From NCBI GenBank assembly GCA_038087875.1, contig CM075988.1:25546001-25610000 (forward strand): DNA of 64,000 nt, written 5' to 3'. The notes under the pieces were generated by a model. The model was given only the letters and a program-made list of their open reading frames with translations, did no database searches and was not told where the DNA came from. How positions within the stretch are numbered: the stretch's first letter is position 1; each line of letters opens with the position of its first letter. Origin of the DNA: Malacoraja senta. Taxonomy: Eukaryota. Made by a program: the position numbers and the translations under genes. Of the stretch, positions 13,962-26,599 are shown piece by piece.

Positions 13962-14435
13962 ACAGTCCTGATGGCCTGTGGGAACAAACTCCGTCTCGGC
14001 CTCTGTTTATGCTGCATGACAGCGGAGGCACTTGCCTGATCGTAGCAGCTGGAACAGTCCGTTGCTGGGGTGGTAAGGGTCCTTCATGATCTTGCTAGCT
14101 CTGGATCTGCATCTCCTGGAGTATAGGTCCTGCAGGGGAGGGGGGGGGGGGGGGGAGTGTAGTTAGCCGCCACCTCCAGGTAGGTCTCGCTGTTATCGGC
14201 GATCAGGTCCACCACCACTGTCATCAGCAAACTTAATGATGGAGTTGGAGCTGAACCTGGCCACACAGTCATGTGTGTGTAGGGAGTACAGTAGGGGGCT
14301 GAGGACGCAACCCTGGACCCAGGCACACGGGGGGGGGGGGGGGGGGGGTGTTCAGTCCCAGTTACAGCAGCTTCTCAGCAAGGCTGGTGGGGACAATGGT
14401 GTTGAAAGCTAAACTGAAATCAATGAACAGCATCC
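13962..14435 (-). mobile_element. Degraded Rex1/Babar-like LINE fragment
   Basis: The minus strand contains [22 protein letters not shown]-like sequence with frameshifts. Confidence 0.65.
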
Positions 14436-14811
14436 TCAGCCCCCCTTCTGGTCCCAGCGCAAATTGGAGGAACAGCACCTCATATTTCACTTGTCGACAA
14501 AAATGCTGGAGAAACTCAGAGGGTGAGGCAGCATCTATGGAGAGAAGGAAATAGGCGAGGTTTCAGGTCAAGACCCTTCTTCAGACCCATATTTCGCTTG
14601 GGTAGTTTACACCCCAGTGGCATGAAGTGGAATCACTTGTCAGCCCAGACTTAAATAATGGTCTGAGCCTCTGCTTTTCCTAACTTGGTGTTTGTGTCAT
14701 CAGTCTTTGACGATCTTCTCGATTATTTGGTAGCTGAGGGGAGATTTGATTAAAGATCATAAAATTGTGAGAGACAGAGAGTGAACTGACCATGGCTTCT
14801 CTGAAAGTGCT

Positions 14812-15078
14812 TCATTCTTTTAAATTAACTGGGAATGATAATTCGTGAGAATTAAGATGAATATTTGACAGGGTAGAAGGATCTTCTAACGTATCCAAGC
14901 TGATGGCTATCTTTTCGTCCGTCCCATCAGCAATCTTCATAGCAAGAGTGTGATCTTTGGTGCATAAGAACCATCCCTGTGCCCATGCAGATTCAAACTT
15001 GTGATATTGTCCATTTAAAGACTGCTGGAAAAAGATAATGTTCATATTCCGTTTAACGTTAGCTGGAGCTTCACCTTC
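14812..15078 (-). CDS. IL18: Interleukin-18-like gene, last coding exon
   Basis: Acceptor ttgtttacag|GAA, phase 0. EGEAPANVKRNMNIIFFQQSLNGQYHKFESAWAQGWFLCTKDHTLAMK...*. Carries the IL-1 family signature F-x(n)-FES-x3-G-W/Y-FL. Compare human IL-18 EMNPPDNIK..IIFFQRS..FESSSYEGYFL. Confidence 0.9.
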   Translation of the reverse strand, partial: EGEAPANVKRNMNIIFFQQSLNGQYHKFESAWAQGWFLCTKDHTLAMKIADGTDEKIAISLDTLEDPSTLSNIHLNSHELSFPVNLKE

Positions 15079-15523
15079 CTGTAAACAAGACAATTTCTGT
15101 TTAGAATCTTGTAAGTAAGTTTATTGACCAAGTATTCACATACAAGGAATTTGCCTTGGTGCTCCACCCACAAGTAACAACAGGACATACAGTGACAGTT
15201 ACGAATGACTCAGAAAACACTAAACATTAATAATAATAAAACATTAATGATAAAACACCATTGATCAAGCATGTGAACCAACAAAATACCAGATCAAAGG
15301 GAGGCTACAGATTTTTGGCTGTTGAGTAGAGCAACTACTCGTGGATAAAAACTGTTTTTATGTCTGGCTGTGGCAGCTTTGACAGACCAATCTTGCAGAC
15401 CAAAACACATGTAGTTGCGTTTAGTTTTATTGTGTGTACCGAGGTACACTGAAAAGCTTTTGTGTGCTAACCAGTTAGCGAAAGACAATACATGATTAAC
15501 AATTGAGCCATCCAGTGTACAGT

Positions 15524-15712
15524 GTTCTTATGCACCAAAGGTCACTCTCTGGCTATGAAGATTGTTCATATAATGAACATGACATGATAATGAATGAATA
15601 AGTTTATTGGTCAAGTAGTCACATACAAGGAATTTGCCTTGGTGCTCTGCCCACAAGTGACAATGACATTCATTCATTCATGATAGCCATCAGCTTGGTT
15701 AAATTATAAGAT
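15524..15712 (+). pseudogene. Inverted, diverged fragment of the IL-18-like last exon, interrupted by a short repeat tail
   Basis: + strand reads FLCTKGHSLAMKIVHIMNMT..[insert ~15590-15680]..IAISLVKL*. The functional exon reads FLCTKDHTLAMKIADGTDEKIAISLDTLE. Confidence 0.85.
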
Positions 15713-16522
15713 TGGATAAGTTATAAGTATTCTGCCAAACATTCATAATCTCCCTGCTTTAACAACATACCATGTTTAGTGCAAGGTCAGGCCCCAATCA
15801 AGATAGTCCGAGGAGCTCCAATAAGGTAGACAGTAGCTCAAGACTGCTCTTTAGTTGTTGGTAGGATGGTTCAACAGCAACTGAACCATTCTAAAAACAA
15901 CTAGAGAGCAGTCGTGAGCTATTATTTACTATTGGAGATACTTCACTGCTTGAATGATTATCAGTTAAGGATATATTTATATATTTTACATCTGTTTGTT
16001 GAAACTGTGAAACAGGGCATTGAGGATGTGGTCAATTAAAGACTCAATAGTTTATCTGCAACAATTGGGTTGTGAAAGAGACAAATTAAAGTCAAAGACA
16101 GATACAAAAAGTTGGAGTAACTCAACGGGACAGGCAACATCTCTGAAGAAGGGTCTCGACCCGAAATGTCTCCCATTCCTTCTCTCCAGAGATGCTGCCT
16201 GTCCCGCTGAGTTACTCCAGCTTTTTGTGTCTATCTTTGGTTTAAACCACCATCTGCAGTTCCTTCTTACAAATTAAAGTCAAATCGAGTTAAGGTACAG
16301 AAATGAAAGGACACAGTAAGAAGATAACACGAAAACACACTGAGCATTTTTATATTTGTGCTGCAGGAACCCCTGTGAATGTTTCACAAAGACAGTGCGT
16401 TAATGGAAAATGTTGGGCACCTGGGTGCTTGCCATCGCCGTCCTGTGGTACAAGTTTGAACTGCAGGTCATTTTAAGGAGGAAGTCTAAACCGAAGATAC
16501 AAAAGAAAATTAATACCCAGAT

Positions 16523-17140
16523 AAGGAGCAGCACAGCGGTAGAGCTGCTGCCTCACAGGGCCTGAGACCCGTGTTTGATCCTAACTATGGGTGCTGTCTG
16601 TGCATGTTCTCCCTGTGACTGCGTGGGTTTCCTCCGGGTGCTCTGGTTTCTTCCCACATTCCAAAGATGGGCAGGTTTGTAGGTCAGTTGGCCTCTGTAA
16701 ATTGTCCCTACTGTGTAGGATGCGAAAGTGGGATAACATGGAACTAGTGTGAGGATGACCAATGGTCGACATGGATTTGTTGGGCCGAAGGGCCTGTTTC
16801 CACGCCAACTCTCTGAACTAACCTAAACCAAACTAAGTTGTTTTCACCACATTATAATTGACTAGTTGAACTTATATGACACACCAGTGAATTTTGTTGT
16901 CACAGTGAATGAAGGGACAATTTCTTTAAGGTTAAACTTCGTTGGGTTCTCCCCGTGGGTTTTCTCCGAGATCTAGTTTCCTCCCACACTCCAAAGACGT
17001 ACAGGTTAGTAGGTTAATTGGCTTGGTAAAATTGTAAATCGTTCCAAGTGTGTGTAGGATAGTGTTAATGTGCGGGGATCGCTGGTCGGTGCGGACTCAG
17101 TGCGCCGAATGGCCTGTCTCTGTGCTATATCTCTAAATTA
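16523..17140 (+). mobile_element. Two tRNA-derived V-SINE copies (HE1/MER6-like)
   Basis: A/B-box-like head (agcggtagagctgctgcc..gtttgatcc), V-domain-like gttctcccNgtg..gggtttNctccg, and a CR1-like 3' tail ending (CTAAA)n. Confidence 0.8.
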
Positions 17141-17144
17141 AGAC

Positions 17145-20100
17145 TATCTTGGGGGGAGGGACTCGAATAGGGAAAGCTAGTAGTCAGGGTGTGAGGCAGG
17201 AGGCAGAGAAGGGAAGCACTCGGACCCAAAATGTAGGGGAGAAAGAAAAAAGATAATAAACAGAGAATAAGCGGTGGTGGGTTTCTTAAATGTGTATATT
17301 TAAATGCTAGGAGCATTGTAAGAAAGGTGGATGAGCTTAAAGCCTGGATTGACACCTGGAAGTATGATGTTGTGGCGGTCAGTGAAACATGGTTGCAGGA
17401 GGACTGCGAGTGGAAACTAAATATTACAGGATTTCGTTGCTTCAGGGGTGATAGAATTGGAGGGGCAAGAGGTGGGGGTGTTGCATTGCTTGTCGAGGAA
17501 GATCTTACAGCAGTGCTTTGGCAGGATAGATTAGAGGGCTCGTCTAGGGAGGCTATTTGGGTGGAACTGAGAAATGGGAAAGGGGTAGCAACACTTATAG
17601 GGGTGTATTATAGACCATCTAATGGAGAGCGAGAATTGGAAGAGCAAATATGTAAGGAGATTGCAGATATTAGTAGTAAGCACAAGGTAGTGATTGTGGG
17701 AGATTTCAATTTTCCACACATAGACTGGGAAACACATTCTGTAAAAGGGCTGGATGGTTTGGAGTTTGTAAAATGTGTGCAGGATAGTTTTTTTCAGCAA
17801 TACATAGAGGTACCTACTAGAGAAGGGGCAGTGCTGGACCTCCTGTTAGGAAATGAGACAGGGCAGGTGGCGGAGGTAAGCGTTGGGGAGCACTTTGGGT
17901 CCAGTGATCACAATACCATTAGTTTCAATATAATTATGGAGAGGGTCAGAACTGGACCTAAGGTTGAGATTTTTGATTGGAGAAAGGCTAACTTTGAGGA
18001 GATGCGAAAGGATTTAAAAGGAGTGAATTGGGACATGTTGTTTTATGGGAAGGATGTAGAAGAGAAATGGAGGACATTTAAAGGTGAAATTTTAAGAGTA
18101 CAGAATCTTTATGTCCCTGTTCGGTTGAAAGGAAATAGTAAAAACTGGAAAGAGCCATGGTTTTCAAGGGAAATTGGACACTTGGTTCGGAAAAAGAGAG
18201 AGATCTACAATAATTATAGGCGGCATGGAGTAGATGAGGTGCTGCAGGAGCATAAAGAATGTAAAAAGAATATTAAGAAAGAAATTAGAAAAGCTAAAAG
18301 AAGATATGAGGTTGCTTTGGCAAGTAAGGTGAAAGTAAACCCAAAGGGTTTCTACAGCTATATTAATAGCAAAAGGATAACAAGGAATAAAATTGGTCCA
18401 TTAGAGAGTCAGAGTGGACAGCTATCTGCAGAGCCAAAAGAGATGGGGGAGATATTGAACAATTTCTTTTCTTCGGTATTCACGAAGGAGAAGGATATGG
18501 AATTATGTGAGGTAAGGGAAACAAGCAGAGTACCAATGGAAACTGTGAGATTCAAAGAAGAGGAAGTGTGGACACTTTTGAAAAATATGAAAACGGATAA
18601 GTCTCCAGGTCCTGACAGGATATTCCCTAGGACATTGAGGGAAGTTAGTGTAGAAATAGCAGGGGCTATAAAAGAAATATTTCAAATGTCATTAGAAACG
18701 GGAATAGTGCCGGAGGATTGGCGTACTGCGCATGTTGTTCCGTTGTTTAAAAAGGGTTCTAAGAGTAAACCTAGCAATTATAGACCTGTTAGTTTGACGT
18801 CAGTGGTGGGCAAATTAATGGAAAGGATACTTAGGGATAATATATATAAGCATCTGGATAAGCAGGGTCTGATTAGGAACAGTCAACATGGATTTGTGCC
18901 TGGAAGGTCATGTTTGACTAATCTTCTTGAATTTTTCGAAGAGGTTACTAGGGAAATTGATGAGGGTAAAGCAGTGGATGTTGTCTATATGGACTTCAGT
19001 AAGGCCTTTGACAAGGTTCCTCATGGAAGGTTGGTTAAGAAGATTCAATTGTTGGGTATTAATGGTGGAGTAGCAAGATGGATTCAACAGTGGCTGAATG
19101 GGAGATGCCAGAGAGTAATGGTGGATGGCTGTTTGTCAGGTTGGAGGCCGGTGACTAGTGGGGTGCCTCAGGGGTCTGTGTTGGGTCCACTGTTGTTTGT
19201 CATGTACATCAATGATCTGGATGATGGTGTGGAAAATTGGATTAGTATGTATGCAGATGATACTAAGATAGGTGGTGTTGTGGATAATGAAGTAGATTTT
19301 CAAAGTCTACAGAGAGATTTAGGCTATTTGGAAGAGTGGGCTGAAAGATGGCAGATGGAGTTTAATGCTGATAAATGTGAGGTGCTACATTTTGGCAGGA
19401 CAAATCAAAATAGGACGTAAATGGTAGCGAATTGAGGAATGCAGTTGAACAGAGGGATCTAGGAATAACTGTGCATAGTTCCCTGAAGGTGGAATCTCAT
19501 GTAGATAGGATGGTAAAGAAAGCTTTTGGTGTGCTGGCCTTTATAAATCCGAGCATTGAGTATAGAAGTTGGGATGTAATGTTAAAATTGTACAAGGCAT
19601 TGGTGAGGCCAATTCTGGAGTATGGAGTACAATTTTGGTCGCCTAATTATAGGAAGGATGTCAACAAAATAGAGAGAGTACAGAGGAGATTTACGAGAAT
19701 GTTGCCTGGGTTTCAGCAACTAAATTACAGAGAAAGGCTGAACAAGTTAGGTCTTTATTCTTTGGAGCGCAGAAGGTTAAGGGGGGACTTGATAGAGGTC
19801 TTTAAAATGATGAGAGGGATAGACAGAGTTGACGTGGTTAAGCTTTTCTCATTGAGAGTAGGGAAGATTCAAACAAGAGGACATGACTTGAGAATTAAGG
19901 GACAGAAGTTTAGGAGTAACATTAGGGGGAACTGCTTTACTCAGAGAGTGGTGGCTGTGTGGAATGAGCTTCCAGTGGAAGTGGTGGAGGCAGGTTAGAT
20001 TTTATCATTTAAAAATAGATTGGATGGGTATATGGATGAGAAAGGAATGGAGGGTTATGGTCTGAGTGCAGGTAGATGGGACTAGGGGAGAAAAAGTGTT

Positions 20101-20160
20101 CGGCATGGACTTGAAGGGCCGAGATGGCCTGTTTCCATGCTGTAATTGTTATATGGTTAT
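17145..20160 (+). mobile_element. CR1 LINE, 5'-truncated; nearly complete ORF2 (APE endonuclease plus RT) with late disablements
   Basis: 697-aa ORF with SETWL, GDFN, SDH, QHGF, YMDFSKAFDKV and YADD. A 7-nt deletion near 19418 relative to the 27.5-kb copy. (GGTTATAT)n tail. Confidence 0.96.
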
Positions 20161-21439
20161 ATCTTACCCCGCGAGTTTCCAGAATCACCGTGAAAAAAAG
20201 TTTACAAAAGAAAAATGATAAAGTATAGTGAACTATAATTTCCAATGCCAATTGTACAAATAAATGCGTGCAAATTAAATGCAAGAGTTGGCCAGTCTTT
20301 CTAATCTACCCTGCCATTTATATGGACAGGCACATGGAAGTGTAGTGGATAGAGTGATATGAATCATGTATGCGCAGATAAGATCAGTTTAACTTAGCAT
20401 CCTATTTAGCACCAACATTGTGATATGGGCCAAGCGCAGTCAGGTGGGACTAGTCTGGCTGGGACATGTTGGCCGGTGTGGGCAAGCTGGGCCGAGAGGA
20501 CACCCGTTTCCTTATCTCGGTTTGGTTTCCATTTAACTCGGGGTAAGGTTTCACTTCTATCTAATTGAATTTATCTATATGTTCCTGAACAATATATTCA
20601 CTTGTTTGCTTGTTGATTTCCAAGTACATATCAGGATGCAAGCTTAATCCATTAACCAGCCCATTATAAAGTACATTGCAGTCATTACTTCATGTTTTGG
20701 GTAATATTTTCTTTTTTTTGGTTTAAAATGACATTAAATCCCAATTTTCCACAACAAATAATATGCAAACCGACTGGTTGAATTTCCAGCTTGATGCTGG
20801 AGTAAAACCAAGTTAGTGCATTTGGGTTTGCGCAGCACAGCAAGAGGCCCTTCGGCCCACAATGTTGGTGCTGAACACACTGCCAAGTTAAACTGATCTT
20901 ATCTGCCCCTCTATTTCCTTCACTTCCATGTGCCTGTCCATGAGCCTCTTAATCACCAATCTGGTATCTGCCTCCACCACCACCTCTGGCAGTGCGTTTC
21001 AAACCCCCACACAAAAATTGTCCCTCACATCTCCAATAAACCTTTCCCCTCTCACCTTCTGTCTGCGCCCTTTAGTGTTGGGCATTACAACCCTTGGGGA
21101 GGGGGAGGGGGGGGGGAAGGTTGCGACTGTCTACCCTATCTTTGCCTCTTTTCATTTTATATACATCTATCAAGTCTTCTCTCTTCCTCTGATAATCCAG
21201 AGAAATCAATCCAAGTCCATCCAACCTCTGTCTCATCAAGCAGCCGTCTGGTACACCTCCTCCGATAGTTGCATCATGCCTTCCCAACTCTTGTGCTCAA
21301 TGCCCCTTGCAATGATACCCTGTGCTTCGTTTACCACCCTACCCACTTGTGCTGCACCTTCGGTGAGCTATGAATTTGAACTTCAAGATACCTCTAGGCA
21401 ACAATGCTACCAATGCTACGTAGAGTCGGTATGTCAAGG

Positions 21440-23960
21440 AGGACTCTCTCTAACGTCTACAGGTGCACAGTAGAGAGCATGCTGTGGCTTGGTTCGGCAA
21501 CTTGAGTGCCCTGGAGAGGAAAAAGACTACAAAAAGTAGTAAACACTGCCCAGTCCATCATCGGCTCTGACCTCCCTTCCATCGAGGGGATCTATCGCAG
21601 TCGCTGCCTCAAAAAGGCTGGCAGTATCATCAAGGACCCACACCATCCTGGCCACACACTCATCTCCCTACTACCTTCAGGTAGAAGGTACAGGAGCCTG
21701 AAGACTGCAACGACCAGGTTCAGGAATAGCTACTTCCCCACAGCCATCAGGCTATTAAACTTGGCTCGGACAAAACACTGAACATTAATAGCCCATTATC
21801 AGTTTATTTGCACTTTGAACTCCTGAAAAATAATCTTGTCAAATACCAGGAAGCAGTAAAATCTGCAAGAACTAAATATTTTTCCACCCTTATCTCCAAA
21901 AACGTGCAAAATTGCAAGGTCCTCTTTAGCACCATCACCTCCATCATCTGTCCTGCCACCAGCACCAGCCTAACTGGGTCCCCTGCTAAGTGCAAGGAAT
22001 TTACCACATTTTTCACCAGCAAGGTAAAGAATATAAGAACGAATATTTCCCCTCCCACCCGTGACCTGGCTGTCTCATTGGTCTGCTCTTCAAAATTAGA
22101 CAGTTTCCAACCCGTTACTCTACCCTCCCTTGTAAAACTGATCACCACCATGAAACCTACTACCTGCCCCCTCGACACTGTCCCCTCTGCCCTCCTAAAG
22201 GACGTCATTACAACAGCTGGTCCCAGCATCCTCGCCATCTTCAACAGCTCTCTGACCACTGGCACTGTACCGACCTGCTTCAAGCATGCGGTGGTCCAAC
22301 CACTCCTGAAAAGACCTAACCTCGACCCCACCTTGCCAAGCAACTACAGACCCATTTCTAAACTGCCTTCCCTCTCAAAAGCCCTTGAAAAGGTAATTTT
22401 AAGTCAACTTATACCTTACCTTCACCAAAACACTATCTTGGAAACTTTCCAATCAGGTTTCAGGACTCACCATAGCACAGAGTCTGCCTTGTTGAAGGTA
22501 CACAATGACCTACTGCTCACCGTTGACTCCGGCGTCTGTGCAATCCTGCTCCTTCTTGACCTCAGCGCAGCATTTGATACTGTCGACCACACCATCCTAA
22601 TTGACCGTCTCCTGTACGGGGTTGGTATTGATGGCACTGCCCTGAGCTGGTTCATCTCCTACCTCAAAGGTAGGAGTTTCTCGACTAACATAGGCAACTC
22701 ATTCTCCTCCCCAGCTAATCTCTGCTGTGGGGTTCCACAAGGTTCCATCCTTGGCCCCATTATCTTCTCCCTGTATATGTTCCCCTTAGGCCAAGTCATT
22801 AAAAGGCACAGCATTTCCTTCCATTGCTACGCAGACGATACACAACTCCATCTCCCCCTGAAGCCCCAAAACCAATCAAATCTGTTTAACCTTACCCACT
22901 GCCTCAAGGATATAAAGTGTTGGATGGCCCAGAACTTCCTCCAACTAAACGAGAGTAAGTCTGAGGTCATCCTTCTCGGCCCCTCGGACTCAATCAAAAT
23001 GATAGCAGGCAGCCTTGGAAGCCTTACCCCACTACTCAAACCCCACGTCAAAAACCTTGGCGTGATATTTGACTCAGCACTGAAATTTGACAAACAAGTC
23101 AATGCCGTGGTAAAAGCTAGCTTCTTTCAGCTTCGGACGATAGCTAAAATAAAACAATTCCTCCAGTTTGATGACCTCGAAAAGATCATCCACACATTCA
23201 TCTCCTCCCGCCTAGATTACTGCAACTCCCTTCACACTGGCATCAGCCAATCTTCCCTGTCCCGCCTGCAACTGGTCCAAAACGCCGTAGCGAGACTCCT
23301 GACGGGCACCCGAAAAAGGGACCACATCACCCCGATCCTGGCCTCTCTCCACTGGCTCCCTGTGCGGTTCCGTATAAACTTCAAGATCCTCCTCCATGTC
23401 TACAAAGCCCTCAATGGGCTTGCCCCCACCTACATAAAAAGTCTTCTTACCCATCACTCCACCTCCAGGCCCCTCAGATCGGCCGACTTGGGGTTGCTGA
23501 ATATCCCACGGTCTAGGCATAAGCTCAGGGGCGACCGCTCCTTTGCGGTTGCAGCCCCTAGACTGTGGAACAGCATCCCCTTTCCCATCAGAACTGCCCC
23601 CTCCATCGACTCTTTTAAGTCAAGACTAAAGACTTATCTATACTCCCAAGCCTTTCCTGACGTCCTCTGAGTGAGGGCTACATGTACATATGTATGTAGT
23701 TTGTTTTGTTGTGCTATTCTTATAACAAATGTAAAGCACTTTGGCCAACGAGAGTTGTTTTTTAAATGTGCTATATAAATAAATGTGACTTGACTTGACT
23801 TTTTTCGTTTTATTTATTCATGTGTGTATATATTTATAATCATGGTATATGGACACACTGATCTATTCTGTAGTCAATGCCTTCTATATTCTGTTGTGCT
23901 GAAGCAAAGCAAGAATTTCATTGTCCTATCTGGGACACATGACAATAAACATCTTGAATC
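21440..23960 (+). mobile_element. Rex1/Babar-like LINE 3' end, split by the L2 insertion
   Basis: [31 protein letters not shown], near-identical to the C-terminus of the 40421-41659 element. The 3' UTR resumes after about 23781. Confidence 0.8.
21803..23780 (+). mobile_element. Young L2-clade LINE, 5'-truncated, with an uninterrupted 620-codon ORF2 segment
   Basis: ORF 21808-23670 with all RT motifs. L2 3' tail gtaaagcactttggccaacgagagttg..(TTGAC)n. Confidence 0.95.
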
Positions 23961-24201
23961 TAACGTATTTAGTTGTGTAACCTCCAATCTAAGGAGGATT
24001 GTAATTCTGTACTCTAGTGCATTCTTTCCCCAGTATTAGTGGCTGTTTATTCAGCTGCCTGGGCCCAATGCCCTTGGAAATGAATTTATCTACTGCCTGT
24101 TTTGATGGTATCGAATTTTCTTTGATAATATTACTTTGCAGTACCAATGAAATGAAGGACATTTTATTGTATAAAGTCTGCTAAATGCAGTTTGGAATTA
24201 C

Positions 24202-24359
24202 CTTAAACATCAAGATCTGTCTGCTTCCTTCCATAGTGCAACACAAGTGATAGTCCAACCCGTTAACTTTAATCTGGAACACGACCGGGATCCCAATGGG
24301 CGTCTTACGTTTTACGTTGATTTTGTACCATTTAATGTTGAATTCTACGCCGTCTTTAT
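24202..24359 (-). CDS. IL18: Interleukin-18-like gene, penultimate coding exon (not in the ORF track)
   Basis: ttttcaacag|AT...TTTAAG|gtaatt. (D)KDGVEFNIKWYKINVKRKTPIGIPVVFQIKVNGLDYHLCCTMEGSRQILMFK. 158 nt, phase 1 to 0. Has the same FK|E junction as human IL-18. Confidence 0.88.
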
Positions 24360-24679
24360 CTGTTGAAAATGAGCATAATAGGTGCTAGAATTATTTAAAG
24401 TCACAAAGGTACAGACACAGCTTTATAATTTAGAACATATGATTGTTGTCATTCTTTTATTTCCCCAAATTTATGGCAATTAAACTGCTGTTCTGTTTTC
24501 TAAAGCTCCATCGCCTTCTGGCCCAGCTGCATGTTTAAGCTCCGTGTACCTATCCAATCTCCCTTTGAAGGCACTGATTTCACTTGCACCATCCTTACAG
24601 TCAATAAATCGGAGGTTGGAACCATTCTCTACATGAACCATTCTCTACATTCTCATCTATATAATCATCTATTATCAGG

Positions 24680-24906
24680 GTGACACAGTGGCGCAGCGGT
24701 AGTGTTGCTGCCTTACAACGCCAGAGACCCGGGATCGATCCGGACTTTCCAAAGGTGCTGTCTGTACGGAGTTTGTACGTTCTCCCCGTGGCTTTTCTCC
24801 AGGATCTCCGGTGTGGGATAGTGTTAATGTGCAGGGATCGCTGGTCGGCGTAGACTCGATGGGGCGAAGGGCCTGTTTTTGTGCTGTATCTCTAAACCAA
24901 GCTAAA
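24680..24906 (+). mobile_element. V-SINE (HE1/MER6-like), internally deleted
   Basis: Head gtggcgcagcggtag..gggatcgatcc and tail gaagggcctgttt..ctaaa. Confidence 0.8.
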
Positions 24907-25387
24907 CCTGTAGACATTCGAAAAGAGCATTCGTTGGCATAGAGTCACCTCAGTCATCTCAGAAAGTAGAGGCGTTGATGAGCTTTCTTTGTGACAGATC
25001 TTTTGAGACGTGCATGCCCAGGACTTGAGGCTGTAGCCTCTCTCCATTCCATTCCCAGTGTAGACGGGTTCACCATCCCTCGGCACGCTCTTCCTGCTCT
25101 GAGCAGAGGGAAGTTCCTCTCCAGAATGACGCACTTGCTGTTTCATTACTGTGCAGCTGTGCAAGAGTCACAATGCAGGCCGTTGTCATCAATGCACACT
25201 CACAGATAGACTTTGACAACCCAACAAGGCTCTGCTGAGATCCATAGTCAGGGCGACTCTCTCAATACCCGCGGCTTAGGATATAATGTTTAGGAGCTGC
25301 TCCTTCCCGGGTCGACCAAGCTCGCGGCCGATAGCCCCTGGGTCTGTGGAGCCCGTGGCTGGCGCCTGGCTTTGCACCATGGAGGCA

Positions 25388-25836
25388 TTAGACAATAGAC
25401 AATAGGTGCAGGAGTAGACCATTCGGCCCTTCGCGCCAGCACCGCCATTCAATGTGATCATGGCTGATCATCCCCAATCAGTACCCCGTTCCTGCCTTCT
25501 CCCCATATCCCCTGACTCCGCTATTTTTAAGAGCCCTATCTAGCTCTCTCTTGAAAGCATCCAGAGAACCGGCCTCCACCACCCTCTGAGGCAGAGAATT
25601 CCACAGACTCACCACTCTCTGTGAGAAAAAGTGTTTCCTCGTCTCCGTTCAAAATGGCTTACTCCTTATTCTTAAACTGTGACCCCTGGTTCTGGACTCC
25701 CCCTCCCCTCCTCCTCCTCTCATCCTTCTAAACTCCAGAGTGTACAAGCCCAGCTGTTCCATTCTCTAAGCATATGACAGTCCTGCCATCCCGGGAATTA
25801 ACCTTGTAAACCTACGCTGCACTCCCTCAATAGCAA
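25388..25836 (-). mobile_element. CR1 LINE 3' fragment
   Basis: (TCTATTG)n tail and the C-terminal WNSLP region on the minus strand. Confidence 0.85.
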
Positions 25837-26599
25837 GGATTTTTCTATTAAATAACTAAATAAGGTCCCAAATGAACTCCAAGGTTGCATGAAGTAAGAG
25901 AGATAAGGCAAGGCAAAAGAAGGATTTGCAATAAATGAAAGGATTGCGAGTGATTTTGGTTCAGACTGCGGCCAGCGACAAAGATGGATTATTGCAAGGA
26001 ATGTCTGTGGTGAAAACAATGGTTGAGTTAATATCAACTCATGTCACACGTGGGTAGACGAAAATGCTGGAGAAACTCAGCAGGTGAGGCAGCATCTATG
26101 GAGCGAAGGAAATAGGTGACGTTTAGTGTCTCGACTCTATTCCTTCGCTCCATAGATGCCGCCTCACCCCCTGAGTTTCTCCAGCATTTTTGTCTACCTT
26201 CGATTTTTCCAGCATCTGCAGTTGCTTCCTAATCGTGTCACTCACGAGTCAGCGCCAAATGGGATGCATGGGCAACCATCGATGGTCTTTGAGAGATACA
26301 ATCAAAGCAAACAAACAGAGAGGGAGAGGTGTGCCAATCTTCCATGATGTAATCTAGAGACTTTGCCTGAAAGTTGCAAACAGAAGCAGTAATTACTTTC
26401 AAAATGAAATTTGTTAAATGCATGATTTTCTTCCCCTCACATTTTTGGATAAAGAGCAGTGAGGTTGGATGAATTGGATAGATAGATCTTTATATGTAAA
26501 TAGCATTGATTAGGAGGGCCGAAGAGCCTTCCTTCTGTGTCACTCGACGGCGTCACCTCATCGCCAGGTGAATAATGTATGATAAGAAAAAATACAAAC

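Noticed and set aside
16360..16467. Short + strand matches to the IL-18-like last exon (ACAAGTTTGAA.CTGCA)
   Set aside because: Two short patches with non-colinear spacing, compatible with chance.
24910..25385. Unique-looking GC-balanced intronic segment with short ORFs on both strands
   Set aside because: No credible splice pair or protein motif. Possibly an ancient RTE endonuclease remnant, but too degraded to call.
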